From contig NMRA01000135.1 of the NCBI GenBank assembly GCA_002633005.1, positions 828,649 through 892,648 on the forward strand: DNA of 64,000 nucleotides. The letters run 5' to 3'. This DNA is from Phoronis australis (Eukaryota > Animalia > Phoronida). Both the position numbers and the translations under genes were made by a program. A model generated the notes under the pieces. The model had not been told where the DNA came from, made no database searches, and saw nothing but the letters and a program-made list of their open reading frames with translations. Shown here piece after piece: positions 47,760-61,600 of the stretch. Position 1 is the first letter of the stretch. The number at the start of each line of letters is the position of its first letter.

Positions 47760-48330
47760 GCTGATCACAGTCTCTCGGGAGCTAGTGTCATGAACTGTTG
47801 TCGATATTTGGCAAGGACGATTATCTGAAGCAACTCTTTGGTGGCATCAGCATATACTCGGTACTGGACCCCCTTTTGTTTCTCGTATCAGTATTGACCT
47901 CTCCACGTATTGTTGCTGGTTTGCCTTTCTCAGCAAGTTCCATGTTGTTGCTCGTTCTTCAATTTGCTGACGTCGAGACTTTGTTCACCAGTTGGAGTCC
48001 ACCCCAAATGTTTAATGGTTTTTTTCTCTCTTCTTAGCCTGTGCTCTATATGGGACATGACACCACCTTGTAGATGCCAACTGAGATAAAGATATTTGCT
48101 GACGCCAACAGCATTCCCTATGATGAGGTCGTAGGTCGTTGTGCCCATTCACATGGCCTTGATTTCTCCCACAAAGTATGGTTTGTCAACCTCAATCTTC
48201 GCTACTGGAAAGGATCGCGCTGCCCCATATATTAGCACGCAGGTGTGTTGTTTCCCCGTCAGTTATCTTTCTTTGACTGGGGACGTCTTCACCGCCGCAC
48301 TACTACAACCTATCAAGCAACACGTGTAGG
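47760..48330 (-). pseudogene. Gypsy pol remnant with protease followed directly by the integrase N-terminal region (Gmr1-type order)
   Basis: GCSSAAVK...LTGKQHTCVLI.G..RSFPVAKIEVD.PYFVGE...YDLIIGN, then EQQ...KGVQYRVY...QIIVLAKYRQQFMTLA.E. Confidence 0.7.
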
Positions 48331-49075
48331 CAGTATCTTACTATCCGCGATACATTGATGGAGGGGACTGTTTTGTAAGTATTCGCGAGGCCTGTTCTCC
48401 CAATCTGAAACCTATCGGCACCCACATACCATTAATCAAACTAGACAATGACAATGGGGCAAACCAACTTGAAAAGCAGTGTTGCCACTCGAGGGGTCGC
48501 CCAATATTTTAGATATTGCAGTAAATATTTCTTGAAATTTCTCCATATGCTATATGGGTAATCACCAATCCAGCCCTCTATACTCTAGAAACTTTATGAG
48601 GCGGTTCCTACCCAAGTTGACTCGTACCCAGGCCATGTACCACATTTTATTTATAGATAATGGCAACATTGGGTCAATGTACGTGACATGAAATGATTGC
48701 TTCCATTTCAAGAATCGCCTTAAAAAAACTGTTTTGGAACACATGTGTACATTGACATGGGTCCGAGTTGACTTGGCCCTTGAGTACGAAAATGAAGTGA
48801 CCTGTTCTATAACCTAAAAAATTACCCCAGCCCCGAGGTGAGAAAGTCTTAATTACAAAATTGCGATTCTTTCATCCTCCGTACACTTCACAGTCGATTA
48901 TTCCAAAGAGGCTCTCATTCATTCCCTTTCATACATTTCAGTGTTTCCCCTGCGTGCAAACTTCTGGGCTGCCCCCCACGATCCTTTTTGGCCCCGTCAC
49001 TCGTAAATCATTCTCAAATTGACCGCCACACACCTAATCGTGACCGGAAAACTTCACCGCCACACAAAAATCTCT

Positions 49076-49200
49076 AGTAAAAATGATAGCTAGTCAAAAT
49101 GATCCGCCAGTAAAAATGATCGCTAGTGAAAATGATCGCTAGTGAAAATGATCGCTCGTAAATTGATCGCTAGTAAAATGAATCGCAAGTAAAAATGAAT
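49076..49200. repeat. 16-bp tandem repeat (TAGTRAAAATGATCGC) x ~7
   Basis: Directly visible degenerate tandem array. Confidence 0.9.
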
Positions 49201-52200
49201 AAGTACAAGTCACACGGCACCTGTCGCCGTTTGTGGATCGAAAGGGAAAGATAATTTTACAATGGGATCTTGAATTGTGTCCCCGTTAAACACAATGATT
49301 CAATCCCCAATCTCCTTTCGTACTTCGTTTCTGCCTGGTTATTCGACAATGCATATAACAGCCGGGGACCAGGCAACGACCTCGATACGAATTTTCTTGT
49401 GGGAAAGTGCCAGGGCTTGCTAATGAAGTAAGAAACAGTAAGATTTCTGCTTCATTCATTTTATCGTGTCCGAGATTACAAAAGACATTGTGAATTATAC
49501 TGCAGGGCGCGACATGCAACTGCTTAATCAATCATAGCTCTGCGCCAAAATGACGATATTGAATGTTAACCAGTCTCAGATTCGTCTGCATGGACTGGAT
49601 TATATATCGTCTGCTACGCCGGCCAACGCCAATCCATTATCACTGATTTATGTTTAGCAGGACGATATCAGCGGAAGTTTCATTGCACGAATTAGTTTAC
49701 TACGTCTACAAAGTTGACATATTTTTTGTTCTCTGTTTGTCACTTCGGGGATAATTGAATTTAACACAGTTTTTGTACTGGAGTGCGACAGAGATCACAC
49801 CATGCCGGACAATTCATTGCCAATTTGTATTGCGAAGTGTCCTTTACCCAGGTACTTCCACTACATGATGCTCGGGTTAAGGTCTTGTCTATGATGAGCA
49901 AACTGCAACCAATTACTTCTAATTTTCAAATTTTGAATCAAAAAGACCAAGTAATAATTGGTGGTTGCAGGATACATATTAATAATATTCTTTCCAGTCA
50001 CTAACATCCAATCGCAACTCCTGTGCACCTTCTGCCCGTGGATGTTCACTGGACGAACCGGCTGGGGCTGAGTCTTCCGTCGACGACCGGTGCAAGGGCC
50101 GTGAAAGCTATCGAGGGAGAACGGCTCCACCACAGAAAAGCTGTGAACACGACTTGTTCCTATGGGACCTGTTATCTCCATGCGCGCACCCAGCCTTCAA
50201 TGTGGGGGGCTCGAATTCTTGAAGTCAGGGGGCGGACTAAAAAAAAATGGGAGCACCACTGTGAAGTGCGCGTTCGCGCTTAGTTAGTGGTCTTTTGTCC
50301 AGTTTATCTCGGACTTTTTGTCGCTCGGAGGTGGACCTTTTTTACCTACTTCGCCAAATGGGGGGCTCATTTGAACTAAAATCAAAATGTGTGTGCAAAG
50401 GCCCACTGCATTGGCTTCAGTCAACCCCAAATAGTGCACTAGGCTTACTGGCCGACAACCAACAGAAAAGTCTACCATACAATAAGCTGTGAATTAGCAG
50501 AACTGGCACCCGCAATAAGGGTGCCATTCTCTCGGCAATTTTGCACAATTTAACACACTATAGGAATAAACGATTCAACCTATGAACTACTACAATCTAA
50601 ATCACACTAAAATACTTTAGGAACGAGTGAATAATACGCAGTCAGAACTGTTGAGTTAGTCCTGAAAAGGACTGTGTTGAGTCAAAATTATTAAAAAATC
50701 GCTACTAGTCTATCAACGCCGAAGGTTGTCGGTCTACTTGTCTGATTACCCGATAATAAACAAGTGACATGATTGTTTAAAAGCAGCGCTACCTGTTAGC
50801 GAAGTGTGGTGTGTACACACAGCGCAACCTAGTTGTGGCCGGTAAAGCCTTGGATGAGTGGCTACCCGGCATTTGCCACTTGCACTCACATTTTTTCCTT
50901 TGTGTTCCCCTACACCACGTCACAAATGTGTAACGAACGAAAATGGCGCCGTTTCTATTCTCCGTTGCAACAATGGCGTTACAACACCACGGCACTAAAT
51001 ATGTAAATAATTTTGTATAGCGACGTACTATATTAGACCATATTGTTGTTCAGATTAGTTTGGACCTTGCAATTTCCTCTTTAAAACTTTACTGCTTGCA
51101 AGCGGGAAGATGTAGCAGGAGATTCAGGTAGCCATCAGACTCTGGATTTGTGAAAAATCTGGCTGGTCGACACTCACTTTTTACCTGATTTTTGGAATAT
51201 GGAGATTTTTTAGCAGTCTGAATCATCGGCACTGTCTTTCAGTTCTTCAGTACTCGCATGCAAATGGTGGCTTTGGGGTGAAAACTGATGATTTAGCACA
51301 TTTTGTCTCGTTTCCAAGCAGCCGGATGCACTTCCGGCGGTCGTAAAGGGGAACAGACTTTAGAAACAGTTTCAACAGACTTTGTGTAAGGTTTTTGAAG
51401 CCTTTGGCCCATTATACTCTTCAATTTTTCAGGTATTTGTACATTCTGTGGAACAGAGTGTTGGAGCTGACTCATGACGTGGTTTTTCAAGCCCCAAATC
51501 AGCAAAAACCGTTTAGTGCTACCTATAGCTCATTTCCGCAACAACCAAATTCCTTCTGACTGCTTTGCGGTCTTCTGCCCAAATTTTGATAATGCACTTA
51601 CTGAACAATTCTCAGTCTAATAAAAACCACATCATCTTATCTAATTATATCATACAATCTGGCCTCAGAAATTTGTTTAAATCTCATAGTATATTTACCC
51701 CCAAAACAAATGAGGTACACTTCATCTAAAAATACATGTAAATATCAAAATTACATGTAAACAAGTTTGACCCCATGGTTTTAAAAGTACATGTAACTCA
51801 CACTTTCAATAATAATAGTAAAAAAACAGTAACAATAAAACACTCGTTTGATGAACAATAATAACAAAATGAAAACGAAGCAAGCAATGAAATTAGGCGG
51901 CTTGATTTGACTGATAACAGCAATCCTCGATTAAAACTCAATGGACAAGGCACTCGCAAATTCTCAATGCGTGTGCGTTCACAAGTGCTAGGACCTACGC
52001 TAGGACCTAGGTAAAATCTAGCCAGTCACGTAATCTCGCGAAGTCTTGCTTTTTATCGAGGTCCTAGCGTTACTGAACGGGAGGCTAGTGTGTCAACAAA
52101 ATGGCCGACGAAGCTGAACAACACAAAGAACTCGTTTCGTAATCTCTCTCATGGAAAAGAAAACATCTCCTTTGAACTGGTGACAATGTCTGACCCCACC

Positions 52201-53089
52201 ATTCGGCGAGACGACATGGTTTCGTCTCGTGGACAATGAAATATTTCATTTGAATTGGTGACAATATCTGGCTGTACCATTTGACACTAAAGCGCGCACT
52301 GCGTTTAGATGAACCGTTCTCAGTTGTCCGATTCACGGTTACTGGGGATTCGTTGCGCAATTTGACATTTATTTTGGTTCACGGATCGACACACCAGTTG
52401 CGACAGGTAAATATTGTTTAACGTTGTGTCAGAATTTCTCTACGCGATACCTATGTTATAACAAGGTCTCCAGTAGGCCTACTTGGATGTCAAATGACCC
52501 CATCTCTCTTAATAGGCGGTGGGCCAGAATTTGCAGGGCTTCTAGAAAATGGTTTTTGTGAGTACTTTAGGGGGGCAATTTTATTTTTGGTGTTTTTTAA
52601 TTCATTTATTAGAGTGTTTTCAGAATCTAAAAAGTTCCCACATATAAAGTTGCACATTTTTGAGAAATTTGAGTTTGAAGTTGCATAATAACCACCATAG
52701 AGCTTAGAGAACTTATATTTGTAAAAACAACAGTTTTTGCTATCTTTTTTGTAAAACAAGTAGTATGGTCCCATCGATGTCATTGTATTGAACAATAATA
52801 CACTCACATTCTATGTTTTACTATTGTAGACTAATTGTAAACAGTGAAATTTAAAAAATGTAAAGTGACGCCTAGTGGCAGAAATGCAAACTAAGTCTGA
52901 ATGTTACTTGGACGTTATTCTGGCATTGTCAGGCAACAAAAAGTAACACAAAATACTTGAGTCTGGGCAAAATTCATGCCTCAATGACTGAACCATTGAC
53001 TAATGGTGTAAAATATAGCTTGTTTGCAAAATACACCAGAAATACGTTATACCATTATTTGCCATTTAGTTATTGTCTTAATTCTCAAC

Positions 53090-53252
53090 CTGTTTTAAGT
53101 ATCTTGTTACGTATATTTCATTGTTGTTCTATTACTTCATTGTATTATATTACTGTTTTTCTTGTTGAGGACCCTCTTGGAAAGCAATGCTATCACTGAA
53201 GAGGCCACCCTCATTTTAAATATCACAATAATAAATAAATAAATAAATAAAT
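53090..53252 (+). mobile_element. 3' end of a CR1/L2-type LINE
   Basis: Stem-loop GAGGACCCTCTT...AAGAGGCCACCCTC followed by an (AAAT)n tail. Confidence 0.55.
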
Positions 53253-53504
53253 AGTACAAAAGCAATATAGTTGAATGGTCTCTGTGAATGTGCACAGACT
53301 GTATGAAAATAACAGATTATTCTGACAGCGTTTAGCAAGCAGTATGAGACAAATACATGACAGCGATCAAAGCATGTAATTTCTATGACTTAATCAAAAA
53401 ATGAAATTCACTTTTTAATACAAAAAACACAATATAATGGGGTTGGAGGTCTATTTGGGGTTGACTTGTCAAAGAACTATCCAATGTTATGCAGTCAGTG
53501 TTGC

Positions 53505-53790
53505 TGATGTTACTACAGTTGTCACAGCTGCAGGTTTCTGTACAGTTTGACCCAGCATTGCAGCACAAACTCAGTTTCCCAGCACAAACGTTCTTTTTGC
53601 ACTTGCAGCGTTCATCATTTAGTACTGTCAATGGAGCTGCGGGCGTTGCCGTACATTTTAACTGCAAAGCTCCACCACCAGTGAGCCAACTGTGGTTGAT
53701 TAGAGAGGGTACAGCACTGCACACTGGTAATTGGCCCGCATGCAATGAAGGGTCAAACACTGAGTCCGGGCAGGATTTGGGCAAACACTT
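53505..53790 (-). pseudogene. Academ-like transposase C-terminal remnant (Cys-rich domain)
   Basis: LTLHCMRANYQ, (fs) ...W....L.....PAAP..VL...CKCKKNVC...CC......CTETCSCDNCSN. Confidence 0.65.
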
Positions 53791-53939
53791 GATTCAAAAT
53801 ATGTTATAATGGGCTGTGTTAATGGGGCCATTCGGAGAATTCTCCTCGCGGTGTCTGCTGTACTAGTGGTGATTGAATTGCGCATGCGTCGCTGTGTGCT
53901 TGTAAACAGATGGTAAAAAGACGGAATTGCTATCAAAAT

Positions 53940-54855
53940 ACGTCATCGTGCTAAGCCTTATTATTGCTTCTTTCCCTGGTGCAAGTCTTCGACAGGTTGT
54001 CAGAAATTCCCAAAAGACCCACGATTCCTAAATTCGTGGAGAATTGCCGTCAAAAGGGTCAACCAACTGACAAAAAGTGTGTGTGTGTGCCGAAGTCCCG
54101 TGTGTGCTCTATGCATTTCCACTGGGAGACCACATAACGTTACTTGGTATGTTTTTAGCAATCAACTTCTATCGACATCGTTCGGTGATGTTATCCCCAT
54201 CAGTTACCCCACTGAATAACGGGTCTATAGAGTGAAACTAAGTGTTTCTTTTCGGAAACTCACCCGGGACTCGGATGCCGGGTAGGCTAGCAGCACATAA
54301 TTCACATATTCTCCTGGTTGGGAGTGCGTCCAATATAAGAGGTGTGTGGTACGTGACGCTCAGAAGTCAAGGGTGACTTTTTCAGAGCAGTTTCTCTTCA
54401 AAACTATGCTATGTCCAATAAAACTCTAGATGAGTGAGTTTCCTTATTTTATAACAGACCCCACCCCCAAAGACAACCAGATTAGTTACCGAATTACCAC
54501 ATGAATAAGCTATTCAGTAAAAATCATAACATTGCATTGAAATAAAAATTGACACCTAGAATGAATTTAACTTGAGACCAGAAGCGCATTTTAGGTGTCA
54601 TGAAAATGCACATTGTTGAATCACTTTTAGCCTGTTTCATATATTTTAATTCAGATCTTAAATAAGACTTGGTTACAAAGATTATTAGTTTCTACATATA
54701 AATAAAATGAAACGTCAAGTATGTTCTGCCTTACAAAAGTAGTTTTGTCTTGTATTGTCTTTAATAATTTGCTAATGTTTCTCTTACTATTCTGTTACAG
54801 GCGAGAGAAAACGACTGAAACCAGCCGCCTGACCGTCGATTTTTAATTGGACAAA
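53940..54855 (+). pseudogene. THAP-domain remnant split by a probable intron (54148-54800)
   Basis: YCFFPWCKSSTGCQKFPKDP....SWRIAVKR...SRVCSMHF...LLG|gtatgt...acag|ERKRLKPAA*PSIFNW. Confidence 0.7.
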
Positions 54856-55624
54856 GTGAAAAGCAATCCTTCAGCAATAACCTGAGAGAATTGAACCTAA
54901 TTCAGAAGTTCAGTACTTGATATGCCTGGTTATGGACTCCGTTGCATTGGGAAAATTACAATTCTTTTTATCAATGTTGTTTCTTTGAATGTATGTGGTT
55001 GTTCAGTTTGCCATTTTGTTTTTTAAATACACTGATAATTGTTTATTCTCGAATCTTGTGCATAGCAGATTCTTATCCAACTAGCTACACTTGAAAACAT
55101 ACTTTTCTTGCATGTGGAACTTTTATTCATAGATAATTTAACACAAAACTTAAAACTGTTCAAAGGCCTTATTAAGGAAGCTCTAAAAATAATTACACAC
55201 ACAAACAAATCAAATGCAAAGAAAGGGAATACTTCATTTTGTTCGCTGCACATTTCTATAGGTCAACAGGAAAATGACAATTCGCAAGCGTATTCGGTAA
55301 TCATTTCAGTTTTATAAAGAATGAGCACAACTGCACTGTATGGGGCTTTAAAACTGAAGAAATATCGTGGTTTCAATAATTAGTGACAAACTTGCCTGTT
55401 GATGAAAAATTTATTCGATCATCAAAGTGTAACATTAACGGGCTTTCTACTGACAATAAGACAATCGATGCAGTCACTAAATGTCATTTCCTCATAATGT
55501 GTACCAAATTGAAAAGTTTTTACCATTAGTATGAAGCCTTTCTTCTGAAAGGAAAAGTTAATGTCACTCAGTGAGAAAGGACATGTATTCATACCAGATG
55601 CTTTTGTTTTTCATTTCACTGGGA

Positions 55625-56148
55625 TCTAGTTTCAATGGCCTATAGAAACGCTTGTAAAAAAGGTCCAGTTTCGGCACGTGGCTTTCCTTCATGTAACCTT
55701 ATTCAGCCGCAATAACATCCACAACTAGATCATTGAAGGTACACACAGCAGCATATCACTTGACTCATTTTGTGCCCAAAATCTGACCCTGAACTAGACC
55801 AGAGTGTCACTAGGTCTTCTTTAGCTTCAGTCCCTCATGTTTCTCCCAGGAAAAGAAATAAGCTATTGTCCACTCATGACTCATTGCCTATGAAAGGGCA
55901 TCCTCACCAACGAGGCTGACTTGTGTAGCAGTCAGATGCAGTTCCTCTTCATACACAAACAATCCACTGGCACACTGTCTTATGGTAACTTAGTACTGCG
56001 ATTCACATTTCTTCAGCCTGGGCCACTGACTTGTACATTGTGCCATGCAGCACTGCTGGTGTGTGGAAGTGCTGTGCCGGGAAGAGAAAAGAGTAACAAA
56101 GTTTGTCTATGTTGCGGCTTGAAGTGGCCTTAAAACGCCACTGAACCT
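55625..56148 (-). pseudogene. YqaJ (lambda-exonuclease-like) remnant typical of ISL2EU/PHIS second ORFs
   Basis: AVLHGTMY.SVA...SGLFV.EE..HL.A....LVGED...LKLKK...VQGQI.......TFNDLVV..I......VPKLDLFYKRFYRP, with stops and frameshifts. Confidence 0.65.
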
Positions 56149-56693
56149 GGAACAAATATTGAAATGTGAATAATTAAGTACTCCAGGTTGGGTCAAAAAT
56201 GCTAACCCTGTTTTTCAAAAATATGATACGGTGACTGCTCTACAATTTCACACAAAGTTAAATAATTACTATTTTCAGAAAGCAAGGGTGTATATAATAA
56301 GTACTGTATTAAACTGCATCTTTATTTTTCATTCGTAGCCATAACAAATTTTTTAAACGCATCATTTGTCTGCAAAATATGCAAGTTTTTTGAAACAATT
56401 TCAAACCTTTGTTACCCATTTCAAGCCTATTTATTTTTGATACTTTCAGCAATTTTAAACTCCGATCACAGAACCATGGGTCTGTCAAGCATACTTCTAG
56501 TCTAAGGCTGAATAAACCTCAGACTTTTTATATTTCTTCTAATAGAAGATATGAAGACTTGGGTCATTTAAAAAATGGTGGATAATTTTTCTGTTGTTTA
56601 AGAGTAATTGCAAGTCGCAAGGCACCATCAAAAATGCAATTTTCACAAAAAATGGCAGTCATTTGAATTCATAAACTACTTGCAACATTTCTG

Positions 56694-56850
56694 CAGAGGC
56701 GGATCCAGGATTTTGAGTTGGGGGGCCAGGGCAGAGTATTAGCCAGGATTTTGCCCATCAGACATTCGCACCCCCGTACTGCCAAATGGAATCTGGGAGA
56801 ATTTTAGGGGGGCATGGACCCTTGCCCCCCCCCCTCTAAATTTGCCACTG
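56694..56850. mobile_element. hAT-like MITE, family A, opposite orientation
   Basis: TTCTG|CAGAGGCGGATCCAGGATTTT...TTTGCCACTG|TTCAG; 5-bp flanks with one mismatch. Confidence 0.78.
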
Positions 56851-58409
56851 TTCAGGGCATGAATTAAGACTATTCGGTCACTGAGAATTCAGAAAATGTA
56901 ATATATTTTTACGGGTTTACGATTGATAGCAAAACAGTTTCATGAAATAAACTTGAAGGAACTTCATGAAGGTTAAGAATTACCTCATCATGCGCTTTCC
57001 CCCAAACATGTATTACCTGTTATTTCCACACATTCAGTTGCACCAAATATTACAACCCTAACCCCCTATGCCAATCCCCCGCTAAGGACCTGAATAAGTA
57101 AATTAACAAAATGACTTACATACCTTTCTTTAAAAATAGCTGTTCTTTTTCAAAGGCTTTGTTCGTTGTCTCCAAAAAAGAAAGTAGGCTTTGGCAACAG
57201 ATCTGCACTGGATGGGAAGATCTTGCTGGTTAGCTGCAGTCAAATGCTTAAAACCAATTTTTGTCCATTCAGGGACGGTGCAGAAGCGATGCATAGATAT
57301 CTCCTCGGTACTGTACAAGCCCTCAAACCTAAAAACCAAAGGTCACGGGAAAACAGACATGATAGATTCCATTTCAAGGTGTAATAGTTTTCCGGAAGAC
57401 ATCGGATATAGTGAGTAAACAAATACCGAAATAGTCTAATGGATATTTGTCACGTACCCTTTGCCATTGGGCTTGTATTGTAATCTTAACTCACTGTCCA
57501 ATATCGAGTTGACAGCATAAACATTCAGCATTGATTGATGTAATAGCGGAGTTGCAACTGAATCGATTTAACGATTGCGCATGTCCGGAAATTAGGGTGC
57601 GCAAAGGCTACTGGGATTGTTGATGGTAAACGGGATGGCCGACTGGTTTGCACGACGTGTAATTTGTGTGCATTAAACTACGCTGCTGTATGTAATTCTG
57701 CCGCTATTCGCCCTAATTAGCGCCCATGGCTCAACAAGTGCCCCAACGCGTTTTCAGACTTTGCTAAAGTAAGCGCCCAGCCCATGAACTACATGCGAAA
57801 AATGCCCTTACCTACAGTTCTAACGTCTCCAATTTATCAATTGAAAGATCCGACAGCCTGAATTTGTAACGGACCACGAGCCTCACCGTTATGTCCGTAT
57901 ACACTTCAAACTTACGCCGCGATTCAAAAAGAACGCAGAAGTTTTGNNNNNNNNNNNNNNNNNNNNNNNNNNNNNNNNNNNNNNNNNNNNNNNNNNNNNN
58001 NNNNNNNNNNNNNNNNNNNNNNNNNNNNNNNNNNNNNNNNNNNNNNNNNNNNNNNNNNNNNNNNNNNNNNNNNNNNNNNNNNNNNNNNNNNNNNNNNNNN
58101 NNNNNNNNNNNNNNNNNNNNNNNNNNNNNNNNNNNNNNNNNNNNNNNNNNNNNNNNNNNNNNNNNNNNNNNNNNNNNNNNNNNNNNNNNNNNNNNNNNNN
58201 NNNNNNNNNNNNNNNNNNNNNNNNNNNNNNNNNNNNNNNNNNNNNNNNNNNNNNNNNNNNNNNNNNNNNNNNNNNNNNNNNNNNNNNNNNNNNNNNNNNN
58301 NNNNNNNNNNNNNNNNNNNNNNNNNNNNNNNNNNNNNNNNNNNNNNNNNNNNNNNNNNNNNNNNNNNNNNNNNNNNNNNNNNNNNNNNNNNNNNNNNNNN
58401 NNNNNNNNA

Positions 58410-58690
58410 CTACCAACCGCCGTGGAGTATTTGTTACTGTTTCTTTGAAGGGAGATATTGTTGGGCAGTTTCTAAGATACGTTTTCTTGCCGCCCTCAAA
58501 ATGAGCGCTGCACACTTTATGCTACGAAGTCGGAAAGAATTCACGAAGTCGGCCTTTGCTACCAGCTCTACCGATGTCTCTGACCCATGTTTAACGCAGT
58601 TCTTGATCCTTGGGAAACAGGTAGTAACTAATTTTTTTATTTCGCTAACTGGTATTATAGCATGCCAGGCACACAACACGTATAACCTCC
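58410..58690 (-). pseudogene. THAP-domain remnant running into an assembly gap
   Basis: CCVPG(fs)CYN...SYYLFPKDQELR*TWVR.I.R...KVCSAHFEGGKK....PTI. Confidence 0.75.
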
Positions 58691-61600
58691 CCGTAGCCCG
58701 TTCGCCCGCACGGTTGCCAACATACTTGTTTACTGAAGTTTACCATTGTAACCACAATGCAACATTCTGACCCATTTCCAATATGGCGGCGTTGCAACTC
58801 CGCTATTGTCACTGATAAACCTGTCAGAAATCATTCCAGACCATAATACTGCTTTGATGTACGAAAAGATCCCGGGTGCTACGTCAAGTATCGTAACACA
58901 CATCACAACAAAGACTGGCGACTGCCGCGAAGTCGACATCGGCGAGTACCTCAGTTAACAGGCATCAGTAGAATAAACATGGAATAATCGTTAAAATAAT
59001 AACAAACCTTACCTTTGTATAATGGCGTGCTTACTTCCTCTCACAGAAGCACCCTTTTCCCGCAATCTCAGATTCAGCTGGCACGGCTGCAAGCTATTTC
59101 ACCATGTATTTATAGCATGATGATCTGTGGTTCTTGGCTTCTAAGACAAAAGGTCTTTATCTTTGAATTTCATTTGCATATTCAGGGCCCAGGCCTGAGC
59201 TGTTGAATGCTTACGATACAAGTCCAACTGAAAAAAACCTGAACTGTTAACACTAATTTAACATTTAACTATGAGTGAGTTGGCATGCAAATTTTTCAGA
59301 CGGACTTCAGGAACTGATCCACCACCAGCCTAACAAATTTACATGTCGTCTGATCTGTCGCCTAAAAATGTTGATCGTCTAATAATTAGATTAGTTGATG
59401 CAACTGAAAATAAATCAGCTGATATACCAGTGCAGTGATTGAAATTTATTTTTTTAAATCAGATGCTCATACCATAGTCAATCAATTTATACTTAAAATA
59501 ACCAACGTTTGACGAAATGTACAGTGGCTTCCACTGTCCTCAAATTACGTCGGGGACGCTGGCCACTTGGGCACTTTGATTTAATTACCATTGCAGCTAC
59601 CTAAGTAATCAATGTTTACAAAAAAATTGAGAAGAGGTTCCCCCTATCCCAGGATTACGGCAGGGGATGACGGCCACTTGGGCATGTTGATTGCAACCAT
59701 CTACTCCATTTAACATTCTCAAAAAATTTTGACTTAAAGTGCTTTAAAATCACACTCACAGTGTAACGCCATATGATGATCCCCTGGTGCAAGCAGTGTC
59801 GATGTGGCAACTGAACAAGGGAGTGTTCGAAAAACAGGATTGCAGAAGTATTTGTTTAAACTGGGAACAAATGAAAAAATTAACGGCCTCCTCAGAGGAA
59901 TCTCTCTACGCGGTACTTCTAAACTTATAGCAACATGACTTATGGTTTAACCAGTGTGATGCATAATTTGCCGAAAAGCATCCGGCATATGGAGTACCTA
60001 TGGTATGATCACTGTCTCTACTGGGTCAGCGGTATTGTCTAAGGCCTAGGCAGCCAAGGGGCTGGACAAGTTAAAAAACAACTGGTGATAATACTGAAAC
60101 ACACATGGAAAACACCAAGATGTACCTTTTAAAAACACGTACCTGTTTATCAAAGTTATAAAGTTGTTACTTCTTTCGCTTTCTTGAAATGTGGGCCATA
60201 ATATACTTTTCCTGCTAACAAATGATGCACTCATGTTTCAGAATGTTCCTATCTTGTTCAGGTTAATTGTGTGTTTCAAATTTTGGTCTAATTGATTTTC
60301 TTGGGAAATTTTGGGTAACATCTGTGTCATTTTCAGCAGCTTCAGCTTTAGTACTACTGCTAGTGTGTTGAAACGTTGCTATGCCTTCATATGTCCCTTC
60401 AATTTTTGGTCTGACACTTGGTCTTCTATAGCAGTATACTGACACTGTTTACTAGGCTATAGCAGGACATGCAGCTGTTTTCTGCACAAATGTTTGTGTC
60501 ACCTCTTCAGAATCTTCTTTTTGATCTACTGATCTACAGAGTGCCACAGTCCATCAGCTTTCATCAGGACGCTTCTCTAAGCTTCTTCGTGTTCTGGCAT
60601 CACAATTTTGTGCTGTTTGATAAACCTTGAATTATACAGGCATCACACTCCATGGGAGCAGCCATATTGAAGTATCTAAGCACCATTATACAATCTGGCT
60701 CTCTGATTGGTCAATTCAATTGAAAAGCGCCACCAAGTGGCAGGAATGTGCATAATATTTCGTGCAACAAAAAAAATGTGCAAGTGAAAACGTGGGAACT
60801 TTTTGGAATTTGATTTATAGGTATATTATCTAGCCACATAGAAAAAACTAGGTTTGTCCCCCCACCAAAGTACTCACAAGGATGAACGCTATGAGATCTG
60901 GCCCACCGACTATCTTTCTCTAGTGTCAAAATTAGGTGAAACTGGAATTTTGTTACTTATTCAGTAGAATGCAAAAAATAAAGCATTATAGGGGGTTTTA
61001 AGCTTATTCATGTGGAGAAAATTACCAAAGGGATGAAAATACAAAATTAAATTTGAACGTTATAAGTTCAAACCCGGTTTTGCCAATGAAAGTGTTTCCA
61101 AATTTCACAAAAAAATCATTATTTACATGAACTGGTTTTCTTGCCGTCGTATAAGTACGTATTGCGCATGTTCGAATATCTTTGGAAACGGAATATACAT
61201 TTCATCAGTTCGTGACGACGTGTTTATACTTGTCAAAACAAAGGTTCAAAACATGCACCACAACAAGATTTTAGTAACTGTGTTTCTCGCCTTCCCTGAC
61301 TATCAGAAACTTTCGCTGGATACGTGTGGAAGTCCCAGGACCGTGAGTTCTCGACTGTTTTTTTTTTTTTTTGATCTGCCGTACTAGATGTCCTTTTATT
61401 TCCAAAGAAGATTAAATCCAGGCGCTCGATAAATGGACGGAGGAGTAGACGAGGCAAATGAATCTACATGTGAAGAATCTGACTGCAATGAAACGATCAA
61501 ACTAGTTAGCATTGAATGTTGCATCGATTGAACATCAATTTGAAAAGAAAGTACGTTTTACGAAAACGATTCGTGGGTAGGGCTATATTTTCATTATTCT

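Noticed and set aside
59800-60930. Possible Ulp1-protease and PHD-like remnants on the minus strand
   Set aside because: Catalytic and zinc-ligand residues are not convincingly present, so the match is too weak without an HMM search.
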